A stretch of DNA of 63,761 bases, filler included, from Licmophora abbreviata (GCA_900291995.1; 10 parts of 10 records of this genome joined end to end with filler, not necessarily neighbours in it), one strand, 5' to 3'. Positions 37,740 to 49,599 are shown, counted from the first letter of the whole stretch. Notes: generated from the letters alone by a model not told the origin. A program made the numbers and translations.

Positions 37740-39299
37740 ATGGTGCTGAGCAAGTCAGCTGCGTCTGGAATTCTATTGGCGTTCGTCTTGAAATGGCTTT
37801 TCTTGGCGCACGGTGCAGCGTATGTGTTGTGCCCTCCTCCTTTGAAGCAGTTCGACGCCAGATCTTGCTCGCGATGTTCTCGTTACGCGAAGGCCGCTCC
37901 TCAGGATGACGAGTCAGTGGCTCGGCCAGTCGACAAAAGGAGGGGCAAGGCGTATCCTGAACAGACTCCACACTCGGGTCGCCACTTCTGGCCTTCGCAC
38001 CCGGCATACAGCAGAGGACGACGAGGGCTAACGCATCGGTTGTTTGGAAGTCGACGCGCTCGATTCATGGAAGGGTGGTACTATCGTCTTACGTTGGTGG
38101 AACAAAAAGTCAGCTTTGCCTTTATCGTCTCCATCGAAGATCCAGGAAACAAAGCCTCCAACTTGAGATTAGCGTGTGTGCAGGTAGTCGGGCCGAATGA
38201 TGGCTACTTGGTCCAAGCAGATGAGGACGACACCAAATTTTGGGCTTGGGAAGGCCAGCAAGGGCTAGGGTGTACATTTGAATGGGATAACGGAGTTGCT
38301 GTGGAAAGGAGTCGAACGATCGCAGAACAGAGTCCCGACGAATGGAAACGTAATGTCAAGTCTGGATTCCAGGTGCTGCCAGATCGTCTACAGGCAAGGA
38401 TCGGGGGGCACGATGGCTCTTTCGGTGGTGTATTGGACGGCCAGGGAATTTCTGGAGAGTGTGAATTTGATATTACTATCGAACCCCTCTGTGGGTTTGG
38501 GAGTCGAACCAGCGCCGAACAAAAGTCAACTGCTGGCTGGTTGGCATCCTTCGCCGTGTTTGAGCCGCACTGGCAAGTAACTCTTGCGGACGCCAGGGCG
38601 AGTGGTCGAGTTGTCTGGAAGAACAACACATACACATTCGAAAATGAACCCTTCTACGCCGAGAAGAACTGGGGAGCTGCTTTACCCAGCAAGTGGTATT
38701 GGACTCAGTGCAATTCGTTCGTTGGGTACACAGGCCGAGATGAACCTCAACTAGCTGTCACTGCCGGAGGTGGCGTGAGACAAATACCATTGGGCCAGAA
38801 AGAGTCCCTTGGGATGATATCCGTCCACTTCAATGGATCCCTTTACGAGGCGGTACCTTGGACTGGATCAATGGAATGGGAAGTGGCAGAATGGGGCTCG
38901 TGGAACCTGATCGGCAGATGCACGAGCGGAGACATGCCGTTCGAAGTTCAATTTCAGTGTCGCTGCGACCCTGTTGCTACTCCGGGGCTTGTCTTTCGCG
39001 CGCCTACACCTGACGAGGGCATGGTGTACTTTTGTCGGGATACATTCGATGCCGATTGTGAGTTGTCGCTATGGGCGCTCCGATGGGATTCGGAGGCAAA
39101 GGATTACGTACGACAGGATGGACCTCCCATCATTGATGCGGCGCGGAGCACGCAAGGTGGCGCCGAGGTTGGGGGCGGCCCTTGGTGGGACACCTGGCGT
39201 CGTGTTTCCAGAATGAAACAGCCTATGAAAGCACTCGTTCAGCTGCCGCATCGTGTACAAAACCTAAAACGAAGATTGTCTTTCTGGAAGAGGCGATGA
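37740..39299 (+). CDS. VTE1: Tocopherol cyclase, plastid-targeted
   Basis: TPHSG, FMEGWYYR, SIEDP, QKSTAGWLASFAVFEPHWQV, YAEKNWG, KWYWTQCN, FRAPT, EVGGGPW. Signal peptide present. Confidence 0.95.
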   Translation: MVLSKSAASGILLAFVLKWLFLAHGAAYVLCPPPLKQFDARSCSRCSRYAKAAPQDDESVARPVDKRRGKAYPEQTPHSGRHFWPSHPAYSRGRRGLTHRLFGSRRARFMEGWYYRLTLVEQKVSFAFIVSIEDPGNKASNLRLACVQVVGPNDGYLVQADEDDTKFWAWEGQQGLGCTFEWDNGVAVERSRTIAEQSPDEWKRNVKSGFQVLPDRLQARIGGHDGSFGGVLDGQGISGECEFDITIEPLCGFGSRTSAEQKSTAGWLASFAVFEPHWQVTLADARASGRVVWKNNTYTFENEPFYAEKNWGAALPSKWYWTQCNSFVGYTGRDEPQLAVTAGGGVRQIPLGQKESLGMISVHFNGSLYEAVPWTGSMEWEVAEWGSWNLIGRCTSGDMPFEVQFQCRCDPVATPGLVFRAPTPDEGMVYFCRDTFDADCELSLWALRWDSEAKDYVRQDGPPIIDAARSTQGGAEVGGGPWWDTWRRVSRMKQPMKALVQLPHRVQNLKRRLSFWKRR

Positions 39300-39445
39300 A
39301 CGTGATAGAGCAGAATTTCACAACGCAATGCGTAAATATAGCACAAGGCGCAACTCGGCTATAGAAGGGAAGCAGTGCCGTCGGTAAAGATTGAAACTAA
39401 CTTGAAATCCTTATTGTGTAATAACGCAACCTGCTGGCATCGCGA

Positions 39446-41724
39446 CTAGTCACACTTGACTCTCCCGTAAATGTACTTGACAAACAAGAGACTGAACTGG
39501 AACCCAGCGCTGCCGAGCATGAGGAAGAACGCAAACGACACGACCGCCATGTAACCAAAGTAAAAGGAGCTTTGCAATATTCCACTCATTCCGCTTCGAT
39601 GGAAGTAATAGTAGAATGAGTACACGTAGATGAAGAGACCTGTCATGCCGCCGTTGATATACGTTGTCCACCACCAGCGATGGTCTTCTCGTGCGAGTTG
39701 GAAGTAGAGGAGCGCAACAGTAATGAAGGACGTCACAATCACCAAGAGAACAAATGCGAGGAGAAGAATTCCAAAGAGCGTGTAGATCTGGTGACCCCAC
39801 ATGGACGCAAAGATGTAGTGCAGCTCAATGTAAATGGCCGAGAAAGGAAGGAAGCCGGCGATGAGCACTTGGAACGTTCGACCGCGATACCAAGGGATCT
39901 CTGTTGGGATTTCCCTCGCCACCTTGGTAGTGCGCGTCGGCGCGTTGAAGTCGGCACTAGCATATCGCTTGGCGAGGATGCCTCCAAACACGGTGGCAGG
40001 GAAGCAAATGAAAACGTACAAGGCCGTGACGGTAAGGATGGCCGTAAAAGGGAGGGCGCTTGTAGATCCGTGCGCAAGGGCAACGGAGTTGACCCACATA
40101 AAAACACCGACGACAGGGACAGGGAACAGCGCAGCAGTCAAAATGATACATTGGACCCACGACTTTCCGTTCATCTGGCGGTATAGCTTGAGCGAGGAGT
40201 ACCCACCGACGACCGCTGTAAGGCAATAGAGAACAACCACTCCTGCGAGGACAGATCCACGCCTCGTTGTCGAGATGAGGCCCGTCAGCGCTAATAAGAG
40301 ATGGAAGAACGTGACGACTAGCAGCTGCGTTCCGGTTCCTACGCAGGCGGAGAAGACTGCCGCGTTCTTTGGGAAGCGGAAGACGTCCCCGTGAATCAAC
40401 TTCCATCCCGACTGTCGATACAAAGCAACATATCTGAGTGAGAAAAATCTTCCGTGCACGATCGTCGCCAAAATGTAAGTAGCACATACCTCCTCTTCCT
40501 CCATGGCATCGTCATCGAGCTCCATGTAACGCGAGAAATCATTCTTGAGAACACGCATGAGGATGATCGTTAAGAATGCAGTCAAGAGAAGGACAAGGAC
40601 GAAGGAGTTGATAATGGAGAGCCAGTGAATTTCAAACGAGGAAGGCAAGAAGCGAGAGTCGGAGTAACGGGTCATGCGATCCTTCCATAGGAGCTCTTCC
40701 GGGACCCACTCGATAGAGTAGGAGAAGGTCACCTGGGTGGGCTCGTCCACATCTGTAATGTCGACGCGGCGGTCCAGCTGCGAGATGAAAGCGAGTCAGA
40801 ACATGGTGAGTGAGAGCCTGTCATCCGGTGCATGAACTGATTTCTGGAGTGGCAAGCGTGCCCACTTACATCGGTCGTGACCTTGGCGGAAACAATATGG
40901 CCCTTGTTGTAGCCAAGGTAGAAGTGCAAGTGAGGAAAGAGAAAGGTCTTGCTACCTTCGACTTCTCCAATGATGATATCTTCGTCGGCAGTGTCTCCGA
41001 TGTAGCCCCACATGGGAAGATCTTCGACAAACATTTCAAAGAAGTAATTGTTGTGAATGGCTTCCTTGAATGCAGGTGAGCTCTTTCTTCTGAAGCGTGG
41101 TCTTGCACAAGAGACGCCAGTCGACACTGTCCAAAAAGGTAACTTCGTAAGGCGACGTCTCACGGCGATCACCGACAATGGATTCGCCGAGCCTCTGTCT
41201 GTGTCTAACGGCTCCTGCACGCTTCTCTAGACGAACAGGATAGATCAATGGGACATTCTCTTCTGCCGCGGCTTCTAGCTCCTCCTCGTCGGTGGCGTGA
41301 GTGTGGCAAAACGGAAGCGAGTAGTAGCGATAGGTCTCCGTGGGATTGTTGAACGGACTGGTCACAGAACAACAGAGCAGGGACGAAGAGCGATCGTGTG
41401 AGAAGGGCGTGCGAACAAGCTAGACGATGCACCATCTTCAGTCGAGAAAAAGACGACGATTGCAAGATAAAGCATCGTCGCCATGGCGGCGCGGCGCAAC
41501 ACAGAGACTCCGCAGAGGCCGGTACAAACTCTACGCGGATTCCAAGTGCAGTTCTCGTGACTCGACGCGACTGATCTCTAGACGTACCCGACTTTGTTCA
41601 CCACGAGGGAGACAGGGTCGTGCTCGGCATACACCTTTCCAGCCTTTACACGATGGACCTTCTTAGCATTGACCGCCGCGAACAACAGCAAAAGCGCCGC
41701 GAGAATCCGAGCGGAGACCACCAT
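39446..41724 (-). CDS. TM9SF1: Transmembrane 9 superfamily protein (TM9SF1-like), multi-exon; apparent 1-nt frameshift near 41075
   Basis: Signal peptide, VNKVG|PFNNPTETYRYYSLPFC, VEDLPMWG, EIHWLSIINS, SGWKLIHGDVFRFP, EDHRWWW, C-terminal VKCD. Confidence 0.93.
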
Positions 41725-42082
41725 GGTGTCTTTGGAATTTGCTGTGTTGCCGGATGTGCGCGCTGCGACAATGACCGCTTGCGTAGAATCTACGCAGAGG
41801 CTGTACCACACCCAACGCTCATTACTCCGGCCACGCGTTTCTACGGAAGAAATGGGAGCTCGTGATTCACAGTAGAGCTCGAAGTTCGTGAACGTCTCTT
41901 CGTTCGGAATCCAAAAATCGACCTATCGGGTAGAGTCTTGCTATTTGAAACTACACAAGCTACAAAGTCTCTTGCCTCAGTCAAGCTCGTCAAGTTTTAT
42001 AATAGTCATGTCCACTCGAGATCACAATAGGCTGCGACACAGATGCGCATCCAACGACGGTGCCATCCATTCATTATTCTTT

Positions 42083-43957
42083 CTAGGAACCTCCAATCTT
42101 CATCTTGCCCGAGGCATCGAACCCGGGAATTATGTCGTCGTTCGCATCGGGGTTCGTCCAAGGAGCTCTGTCCCCCATTCGTTCGGCCTCGATCTCCAGC
42201 TTTTCCAAGTCAAAGATCGATGTTGTCGTTTCCTTCCATGCGCGGTCCTGCAGAACAACAACAACAACAACAGCAACAACAATTGATCATGGTTAGCACA
42301 AGCTGCCGATGGATTCTACTCATNNNNNNNNNNNNNNNNNNNNNNNNNNNNNNNNNNNNNNNNNNNNTTAATTAATTAANNNNNNNNNNNNNNNNNNNNN
42401 NNNNNNNNNNNNNNNNNNNNNNNAAGCAACTCACCTGTTGTTCTCTCAGTGACATGCCCTTTCCATAAATTCGAGTCGCGACAACTTCGGCTTCCGACGC
42501 AATCTGTTTGATCCGTGTCGACAAGTCACCACGATCGTCGTCCGTCCCAAGATTTCCAAAGTTCAACAAAACGGCCTTGCAGGCGTTGATGAAATCTGGC
42601 GGAGGCACGTCCGGCATAGGCTTTTCCTGATCAGGCTGCTCACCCTCCATGGCCTTTTGAGCATTCTCTGCAGTGCCAGCAACCTACGATAGTGATAGAG
42701 CAGGGGCCGCATAATACATCAGACAGGAACGACGCAAGCGACGACGACACAACCTGACGTGCCGCTATTAGCGCCACACATCGTTTTTCCACATACCAAC
42801 AGATTATCACGTGGCGTGAAGGCATCCTCCAAAATCTTTTCGCGCTCGGCAGGCTCGTCTTCACGAAGCAGTTGGCGAATGAGTCGAATCTCTTTGCTGG
42901 ACGCTTGCTTGTCCTTTTCTTCAAGGGCTCGCTTGCGAAGCTTGTCCATCAACTGTGCAGCACCCTCCGCTCCAGCATCTCTAGCCTGTGTACCGTTCGC
43001 CTCCAACAAGAGAAGGAAGGGCTCATCGATCTTGCCCTCGCGTGCAAGTTTGACAATGGAACCCTCCATGCGCATCGGATCACCGAGAGCCAAGACCCCT
43101 CGGAGCACTTCGGCCGCAGCACCAATCTTCTTTTGCTGTTCGACCGCCAACGTTTCCAAAAGAGCTTTGGAGTCATCATCTCCGTTGGTAGCTCGCTCCG
43201 TCAGAACCTTGACAAACTGCGCGTCGAACTGATCGTAGTACTTGAAGACAATTGATTCTGTAGTGTCGCCTGCAGTGTACGGAGGGAGCACCTTCTTGAG
43301 CATGGTTTCGTAGCTGAGACGAATCTCCGGAGTGATCGCCTCGTCATAGAAGGTCTTCTTCTCTTCTTCTTTCGTCTCTGCTCCATCCGACGCAATTGCT
43401 GCATTGATGGCCGCTGCCTTCTTGAGAACATCAGCATTTGACATGGCACGTCCCTCTTCGGCAATCGCCTCGGCATTTGCTATGCGCTTGCCCTCTTCTT
43501 CTTGCTTTTCCTTCTCGGCGCGTTCTTCTGCGAGTCTGGAGACCTCTATCTTGTTCTGAATCTCTAGAATCGTTTCGTACAAGTCCCGCAAAGCGATCCG
43601 CTCTTCCGGATCTTTGGAAATTTCGACCTTGTTGTCCAACCAAGAGAGAAAGTCTGGGTCGGTCGCTTGTTCCAAGTTATTAACAATATCGACACGAGGG
43701 TCATTCGTGGAAAAGACTAGATCTCCAAGGAACATTTCGTAGGCTTGCTCCCTTTGATTGGTAGAACCAGTGTCCTCGTCGTCGACAGAGAGTAGATTGA
43801 ACGAGTCACTATTGACTTCGTCGAGAATTCCCATGCGCAGCACCGTATTCTTCTTTGATTCCGAAATAAAGCTGGGGCTGCAGCGAGACGCCAAAGGGAC
43901 AAAGCCCTTGGCTGTAGGGGACGCCAGCCAAAGCGATAGAGCCGCGGTGAGCTTCAT
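42083..43957 (-). CDS. Plastid-targeted helical protein resembling Arabidopsis At4g37920-type chloroplast proteins; 3 exons, last intron spans a gap
   Basis: Signal + AKG-FVP. LAREGKIDEPFLLLL...KEIRLIRQLL...EREKILEDAFTP. Terminal exon DRAWKE...MKIGGS* at 42083-42247. Confidence 0.7.
42254..42282. repeat. (CAA)n / (TTG)n microsatellite in an intron acceptor tract
   Basis: Imperfect AAC repeat just upstream of the minus-strand CAG acceptor. Confidence 0.85.
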
Positions 43958-44351
43958 GGTGAACACAATAAGTGCAACGGACCCAATTGTTCGACAACAG
44001 AACAAAAACTGATGTGACAGAGTCGCACTTTGAACTTGGGCGGATGGGTGGACGTCATAGAATCTTCGTGCGTCATCATGTGGTCGCCGCGAGGACGTGT
44101 ACGGACGGGGGACAGATCCATTGGTCTATCCGTCTCTCGTCACATGCATGGCGCTCATCAATTCATCAATTCGCAATCACACGTCACAGTCACATACACA
44201 GTGTTGACAAGATGAAAGCGGTGTGATGCAGGGTAAACATTGAAACATTGGATGCTCTGGTAGCAGCAGTCACTAAACGGCGCTGGCGATAGACCATTGA
44301 ATAGACAGCAGCGAGATGGAACATCGTCGCCACGTTGGTGATGTCGCCCGC

Positions 44352-45253
44352 ATGGTATCTTTTTGGATGATCGTCGTATCGTCGGTGTTATCAATGCAGT
44401 CTGTCCAAGGATTCGCACCATCTCCGACGGGATTGGGCAAGACGCCACGTGCGCTTCATGCTACAGGCGGCGATCTGAAGGCTGAGGCTGAACGACTCCT
44501 CGCCAAGGCAAAGGAGTTGCGTTCCGAGATTTCCGATGGAACTGTGTTGACTGAAAATGTTTCTGATGTGGTGGTTTCGAAAGAGCAGTCTCCTTGGAAT
44601 GTGCCCGAGAGTGAAGACAGAAACGCTACATATCGCATGTATATTGACATTGGGCGCGAAGAGGGCACGTGGATGGATCCAAGGTGGGGTGCCAGTGGGC
44701 GCCGCATTGAATTTACTCTGGATGTTGCGTTCCTGTTGGACTTGGAGGCGACGGACTCAATTCAGCGCGACATGGTCAAGGACAACTTTGGAGGCCAGAG
44801 CTCGTCGACGAAAATGCTTGTGACAGCGAAGAACGCTCGTCTACGGAGTGGATTTGATCGAATGCCGTGCCAAGATGGTGGCTATCGTATTGACGTTGGG
44901 AGGAACGGAGCTTCGACAGTCCGATTCTTTGTATACGTGGATGGAACGGAAGAGATTGGTGCATCGTACGGGTAAGATGCATGAGGCACTCGGACTATTG
45001 ATCACACTGAAAATATACTCATGCTTAATTGCACTGTCTCCCCTTGTACAGGGACGTGTCCGTGCCCCAAGGGTGTCTCTACTTTTCATTGCCGTGCTTC
45101 CAGGGCGGTGCTTCGCAATTGTCGACGAAAGAAGGGATTGTTACTGTTCGACAGATTGGGTGGCACACAGGTTGGAGAAGAGAGGAAAGTCGGATTGTGG
45201 GGACCTTTCGAGCGGCTCTCATTGATAAGGCAAAGGCGCGAGACGGGTTTTGA
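44352..45253 (+). CDS. Plastid-targeted conserved hypothetical protein, 2 exons
   Basis: Signal + VQG-FAP. IDIGREEGTWMDPRWGASGRRIEF, DVSVPQGCLYF. Intron about 44972-45051. Confidence 0.75.
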
Positions 45254-45634
45254 ATATGCGTCGGCATCGTCAGACGAGACTGTTTGACTATCTTCCCTCC
45301 TTTGAAACCACTCCAGAATGGTTGGTCATAATGACATGCATCCTTCTAACGACGTGAATCCACGGCAGGACTTCTGTTGTCTACGTCTTACGCATCTCGC
45401 CCCGTCTACACTTCCAAGGCGTCGCCACCACACGCCGGTGCGTCGGGGCAACGACGATTATTGTGTTTTTATGCCGTAAATTTCATTCGAGAAGTAATAA
45501 CTTTGATCTCGTTCTTGCGCATGTGCTATGTCCTGGATCAAGACGGTGATACCAAAGAAGCGGAGTGTGGGGTGAACATTGATCATAAAGGCAATGGTCC
45601 AAGCAAGGAGTTTTGTATATAGTTTCGTATCCTG

Positions 45635-46078
45635 TCAGCAACTATCTTTCTTTCCCTGTAGTGAACGAGTTGCAGATGAGACGATGCTGGAACCCTCCGT
45701 AGTGTTTCGACTACTGGACTTCCCCTCCTTGGAAACAAAGTACAAAAGTGGATCAACTGCCCAGGACGGCAATGGAATCGATCTGATCGTTTCGGCAGAT
45801 TCGGTTCGACTTTTGGGTGCGTCCCAGCTATTGTCGCCAGCCGAATGTTTTCCCATATGACTGTCGACAGCCATCTGAAAGCACTCCAAAATGGCCCGAT
45901 CGTTCCATTCGAGGTCGTCCTCAGGTTTCTGTCTCGCCGGTGCAGATTTGACGAAGATTGAAGCTTCATTTGGTAGCTCAACGTTCATCATCAGATCGTC
46001 GTCGTCACTTTGTATTTCATCCTCATCGATAGACACCGCGGTATTATGCTGTCGTAATCCCAGGCGTTGGTCGTCCAT
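45635..46078 (-). CDS. Small protein with SMN Gemin2-binding-like motif
   Basis: DLEWNDRAILECFQMAVDSH resembles SMN DIWDDTALIKAYDKAVASF. Confidence 0.5.
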   Translation of the reverse strand: MDDQRLGLRQHNTAVSIDEDEIQSDDDDLMMNVELPNEASIFVKSAPARQKPEDDLEWNDRAILECFQMAVDSHMGKHSAGDNSWDAPKSRTESAETIRSIPLPSWAVDPLLYFVSKEGKSSSRNTTEGSSIVSSATRSLQGKKDSC

Positions 46079-46574
46079 GATACCGGTATGGTACTTGATG
46101 ATGAAGTCCGCGGTGACGAATAATGATGCACCACCCATCACATTATGTGCCTTGCAAGCACAGCAGCATTCCAACCACTACCGCGGCGCGCTATGCTGTG
46201 ACGGATTCCGGCGCGCGGCGCCTCATTGCGATGACATGATGTGTCGGACCGACGGATCAATGGAGTTTGCTTCAAGTTCGAAAGTGCGCCGCACTCAATG
46301 TTCTACTTGTCTCCGAGTCGCATGTACGACCTGCATCATTAATCCTTTGGAACACATCTGAGCAGGAGTTAGGCTGCAAGTTAGTACGGAGTAGGTAGTA
46401 TACGCTTGTAGTCTCATTATTGTAGAGTGGAATTTGTAGTCTACTGGGTACTGGTACTTTGAACTTGGCATCGTAAACCGTAAAGTAAACGTTTGAGCAG
46501 GCGTTCTGCTGACCATCCATAGTTTGTATTAGCTTGCAGTCATTAAAATTATATTGTAAGGAGTAGTCGTTTCG

Positions 46575-47672
46575 TTACCGCATGTATTCTAGCGCGGCCT
46601 CGTATCCGAGAAATAGTACAGCGTTGGCGGGCGCCGCTCGAAGTAGCGTTGATGCGACGCCCCGTGTCATGTTCATGCCCAGCGGGTGAGACGAAAATAG
46701 CGTGTCCACACCGTGAGCGAATCCGCGATAAAGCATTCCAGCAGTAGCTCCGGCAACCCCAACCGTTATGGAGTCCACCTCTCTTGTAGAGTTGGGACCG
46801 CTATTGTGCAGCGCAGTCTTGACTACTTCATATCCGCCAAAGTAGAGCGTAGCGCCTGCAATTTCACGACCATAAACAACACCTGCACCCTTGAACAGGG
46901 ATGACAGTCCTTGTGATCGCACTAAGGATTCGGCCGCCCTAGAGAACGTTGTTGTCGCCGACACCACGAATGAGGCCCTCTGCAGAGCCATGTACGACCG
47001 AACGGCCTCTAGCGGTGTGGCCGCAGTCGCAACAAGAGCACCCGCAACAGCTGACGAGGCTACTGATGAGTAATCTCCACTGAGTTTCTCAGCCATGAAT
47101 GCCTTTGTTCCAAAGAGAAGCGCCGACAGGCCTGAGGCGGCAACGATTTGGCTGGTAGAAACAGGCCTCCTCTGACGAAGCGGTAGGCCAAAGCTCGACC
47201 TGCTGTTTCCAGTTGGGGCCGTCTGTTGCTGGTGCATGGTCAGAATGTCATGGTTCGCATGGAACGTAGTTTTTGCTGCTGGAGTGGTTCTCATCTGCGA
47301 AGATAGCCAGCTCTGCGGTAGCGATGCTGCTTTCCAGCCAAAGACGTACTCCGCGGCGCCTCCACTGAGTGCGGCAGCAAACGTGACGACGGGAGCGACA
47401 GAGGCGGTCACGCTGTCGACGGCAGACTCGTCGCCTTCACTGGAGTAGAAAGTACTGTCCGCAAAATGCTGTATCTGGGACGCCGCCAACTCTGCCGGGG
47501 CGGTCGTGCTCCCGATGACCGGTTGGTACGGAGGGACGATGAGCCTGCAAAGCGGCAATCCTGAAAGTACTCGGATCATGGCAGGCCGAGGATCGTCCTT
47601 CAGTGCATACGTACGCACTAAGCGCGCATGGTGTCGTCGATAGATGGTCGATTGGTTTAGCAAGGGCGCCAT
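46575..47672 (-). CDS. Divergent mitochondrial carrier (SLC25)-like protein
   Basis: TPLEAVRS signature, GLSSLFKG, REIAGATLYFGGYE, RAAPANAVLFLGYE. Confidence 0.75.
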   Translation of the reverse strand: MAPLLNQSTIYRRHHARLVRTYALKDDPRPAMIRVLSGLPLCRLIVPPYQPVIGSTTAPAELAASQIQHFADSTFYSSEGDESAVDSVTASVAPVVTFAAALSGGAAEYVFGWKAASLPQSWLSSQMRTTPAAKTTFHANHDILTMHQQQTAPTGNSRSSFGLPLRQRRPVSTSQIVAASGLSALLFGTKAFMAEKLSGDYSSVASSAVAGALVATAATPLEAVRSYMALQRASFVVSATTTFSRAAESLVRSQGLSSLFKGAGVVYGREIAGATLYFGGYEVVKTALHNSGPNSTREVDSITVGVAGATAGMLYRGFAHGVDTLFSSHPLGMNMTRGVASTLLRAAPANAVLFLGYEAALEYMR

Positions 47673-48012
47673 CGTGAGAGGGATTTCGAGTTCGTGTCTC
47701 AAAGATTGTGAGGCTTCTGTGGTTCGCGTCGCAAACAGAAACGAAGAACAAGGTGTGTGGTGTCAGCTTGTGTCAGTCAACATCAACCGGCCCGAAATTG
47801 CAGCGCGCCACGATCAACCAATGAGAACTCTTCATCGAAGAATGTCATGATTTTTCACTTACTTATGGCAAAGCTGCATCGAGCGCGGGGCGGCAATCAC
47901 AAATTCAAAAAGCCAGCATACGGAGACCCGAAATGCGACCATCGAACGCACCCTACCGGAACTATCCATGCAATACAGATCGATGATTAAAATCTGCATT
48001 GACTGCGGGTTC

Positions 48013-49599
48013 TTAGCGCCTACAACGCACAGCCGCCGAAATAAGTGCACCGATGACGACTCCAAGGCTCACCTTGCCGATTGTGTCCATCGACGAAGCC
48101 ATGAACTCTCTCAGGGATCGCTGATTGCCGATATCCCGACTTCTCTGTCCATTCTGGTGTGCCTTTTGATAAGCAACTTCGAGCTTCTTGTGAGCTTTCT
48201 CGATTGACTTAGAAGTTTCGCTGCCGCTCACTGGACGGCACAGAATGATTCTGTTCTGAGGTGTGATATCTGCATTGATAGTCTTCATTCGGACATCGTA
48301 CGAGTGATTCGTCTCTTTTCCCACGTCCCATGACATCGCTTTACCCGCCAACAAGATGTCCATTACCTTTCCGACTGGAATGCCGAGATTCTTGCTAGTA
48401 TCCTTCCACGATGAGCCTGGTGACAGATCCTTCTGGCAACAAGGCATGACTGCAACAAGGGCTCCATATCTACAAGCGATGGAAAGGATCTCGTCGGATA
48501 AATGTTGACAAGCATGGCAAGCCACAACAAGAATACGACTCATATCAACAGCGGTAATATCAAGCTCGGATGGGAGTCCTGTTCGCAAGCACTCGTACCG
48601 ATAGCGCAGTGTCTTGTTGCGGAGGTGCTCGCCCCATGCGCGAGACACATCCTGTCGTCCCACGTCGGATGGATCGATCACTACCGCCTCATTCGCCGAA
48701 GACATGATCAAGAGCAACGCTGCGAGGGATCCATGACCACCGGCAACATCAATGATCAGGTCGAACGACTTCTTTCCAAAGAATGACCGGACGGCGTTTG
48801 TAAAGGCGAAAGCCTCCTTGAACTCCTTGATGGAGGGCGAGTTGATCTTGTTGGAATGAATCTTATGAAATAAGCGTCGTTCAAGAGAAGGTTTTGCTTG
48901 ATCTTTTCGTCGTCGAACATCCATGTAGTAGTGTAGAATCGCGTTGACGTCCTGGCCACCTGGTTTAAAGTGGAAGTAACCGTCGACGTACAGATGCTCC
49001 TTGGACGACAACAAGTCAGTAAGCCACAGAGAATCGTCAGCAAACATGTTGTCAAGCGGAATATCATGCCAGTCATCGAACCATTGCGGCACAATTTCGA
49101 CGCAGGGTCGAATGATGCTGGCGTCAATCGGGACTATCAGAGAAGACGGCGCGGACGAAGTGATGGCTTGCGACGAAAGCGAAACGTCGAGACGAAAGAC
49201 ATGCACGAGCATTTCTGTCGAGTCGTCTTCAAAAGTGAATCGATGAATCGCAACTTTCCTTTTCTGCATTTGCGATATCGATATTGATATACCCGTTTCC
49301 TCTTGCAGTTCTCGGGCGGCACTCTCGACGTCGTTCTCGCCCGGTTCCAACTTCCCCCCGAAGCTATTGTACATGCCAACACCAAAACCCCTCATTTTGA
49401 GACCCAATAAAATCTTCTTTGTTTCTGGTTCTGTCACGACTACCAAGGAGTACTCTTTTGTTTTCTTTGGAGTGAAGCTTATTGTCTCGTGATAGGACTT
49501 CAATGACGAGTGTGCTTGTCCTAGCCGCGACGGGGGGAGTACATTCCGAAATGGGCTTGGCGAAGTCTTTGCATCATCAACGACTGAGGTCATCATCAA
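48013..49599 (-). CDS. MTH1/NUDT1-like Nudix hydrolase fused to a class I SAM-dependent methyltransferase domain, with C-terminal TM
   Basis: LLGLKMRGFG, Nudix box GGKLEPGENDVESAARELQEETG, IPLDNMFADD. Then IIDVAGGHG, ACHACQHLSD, VMPCC. Hydrophobic tail. Confidence 0.85.
   Translation of the reverse strand: MMMTSVVDDAKTSPSPFRNVLPPSRLGQAHSSLKSYHETISFTPKKTKEYSLVVVTEPETKKILLGLKMRGFGVGMYNSFGGKLEPGENDVESAARELQEETGISISISQMQKRKVAIHRFTFEDDSTEMLVHVFRLDVSLSSQAITSSAPSSLIVPIDASIIRPCVEIVPQWFDDWHDIPLDNMFADDSLWLTDLLSSKEHLYVDGYFHFKPGGQDVNAILHYYMDVRRRKDQAKPSLERRLFHKIHSNKINSPSIKEFKEAFAFTNAVRSFFGKKSFDLIIDVAGGHGSLAALLLIMSSANEAVVIDPSDVGRQDVSRAWGEHLRNKTLRYRYECLRTGLPSELDITAVDMSRILVVACHACQHLSDEILSIACRYGALVAVMPCCQKDLSPGSSWKDTSKNLGIPVGKVMDILLAGKAMSWDVGKETNHSYDVRMKTINADITPQNRIILCRPVSGSETSKSIEKAHKKLEVAYQKAHQNGQRSRDIGNQRSLREFMASSMDTIGKVSLGVVIGALISAAVRCRR

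Noticed and set aside
12349..39299. ABC1K9 and VTE1 as a plastoglobule gene cluster
   Set aside because: More than 20 kb and about ten unrelated genes apart.
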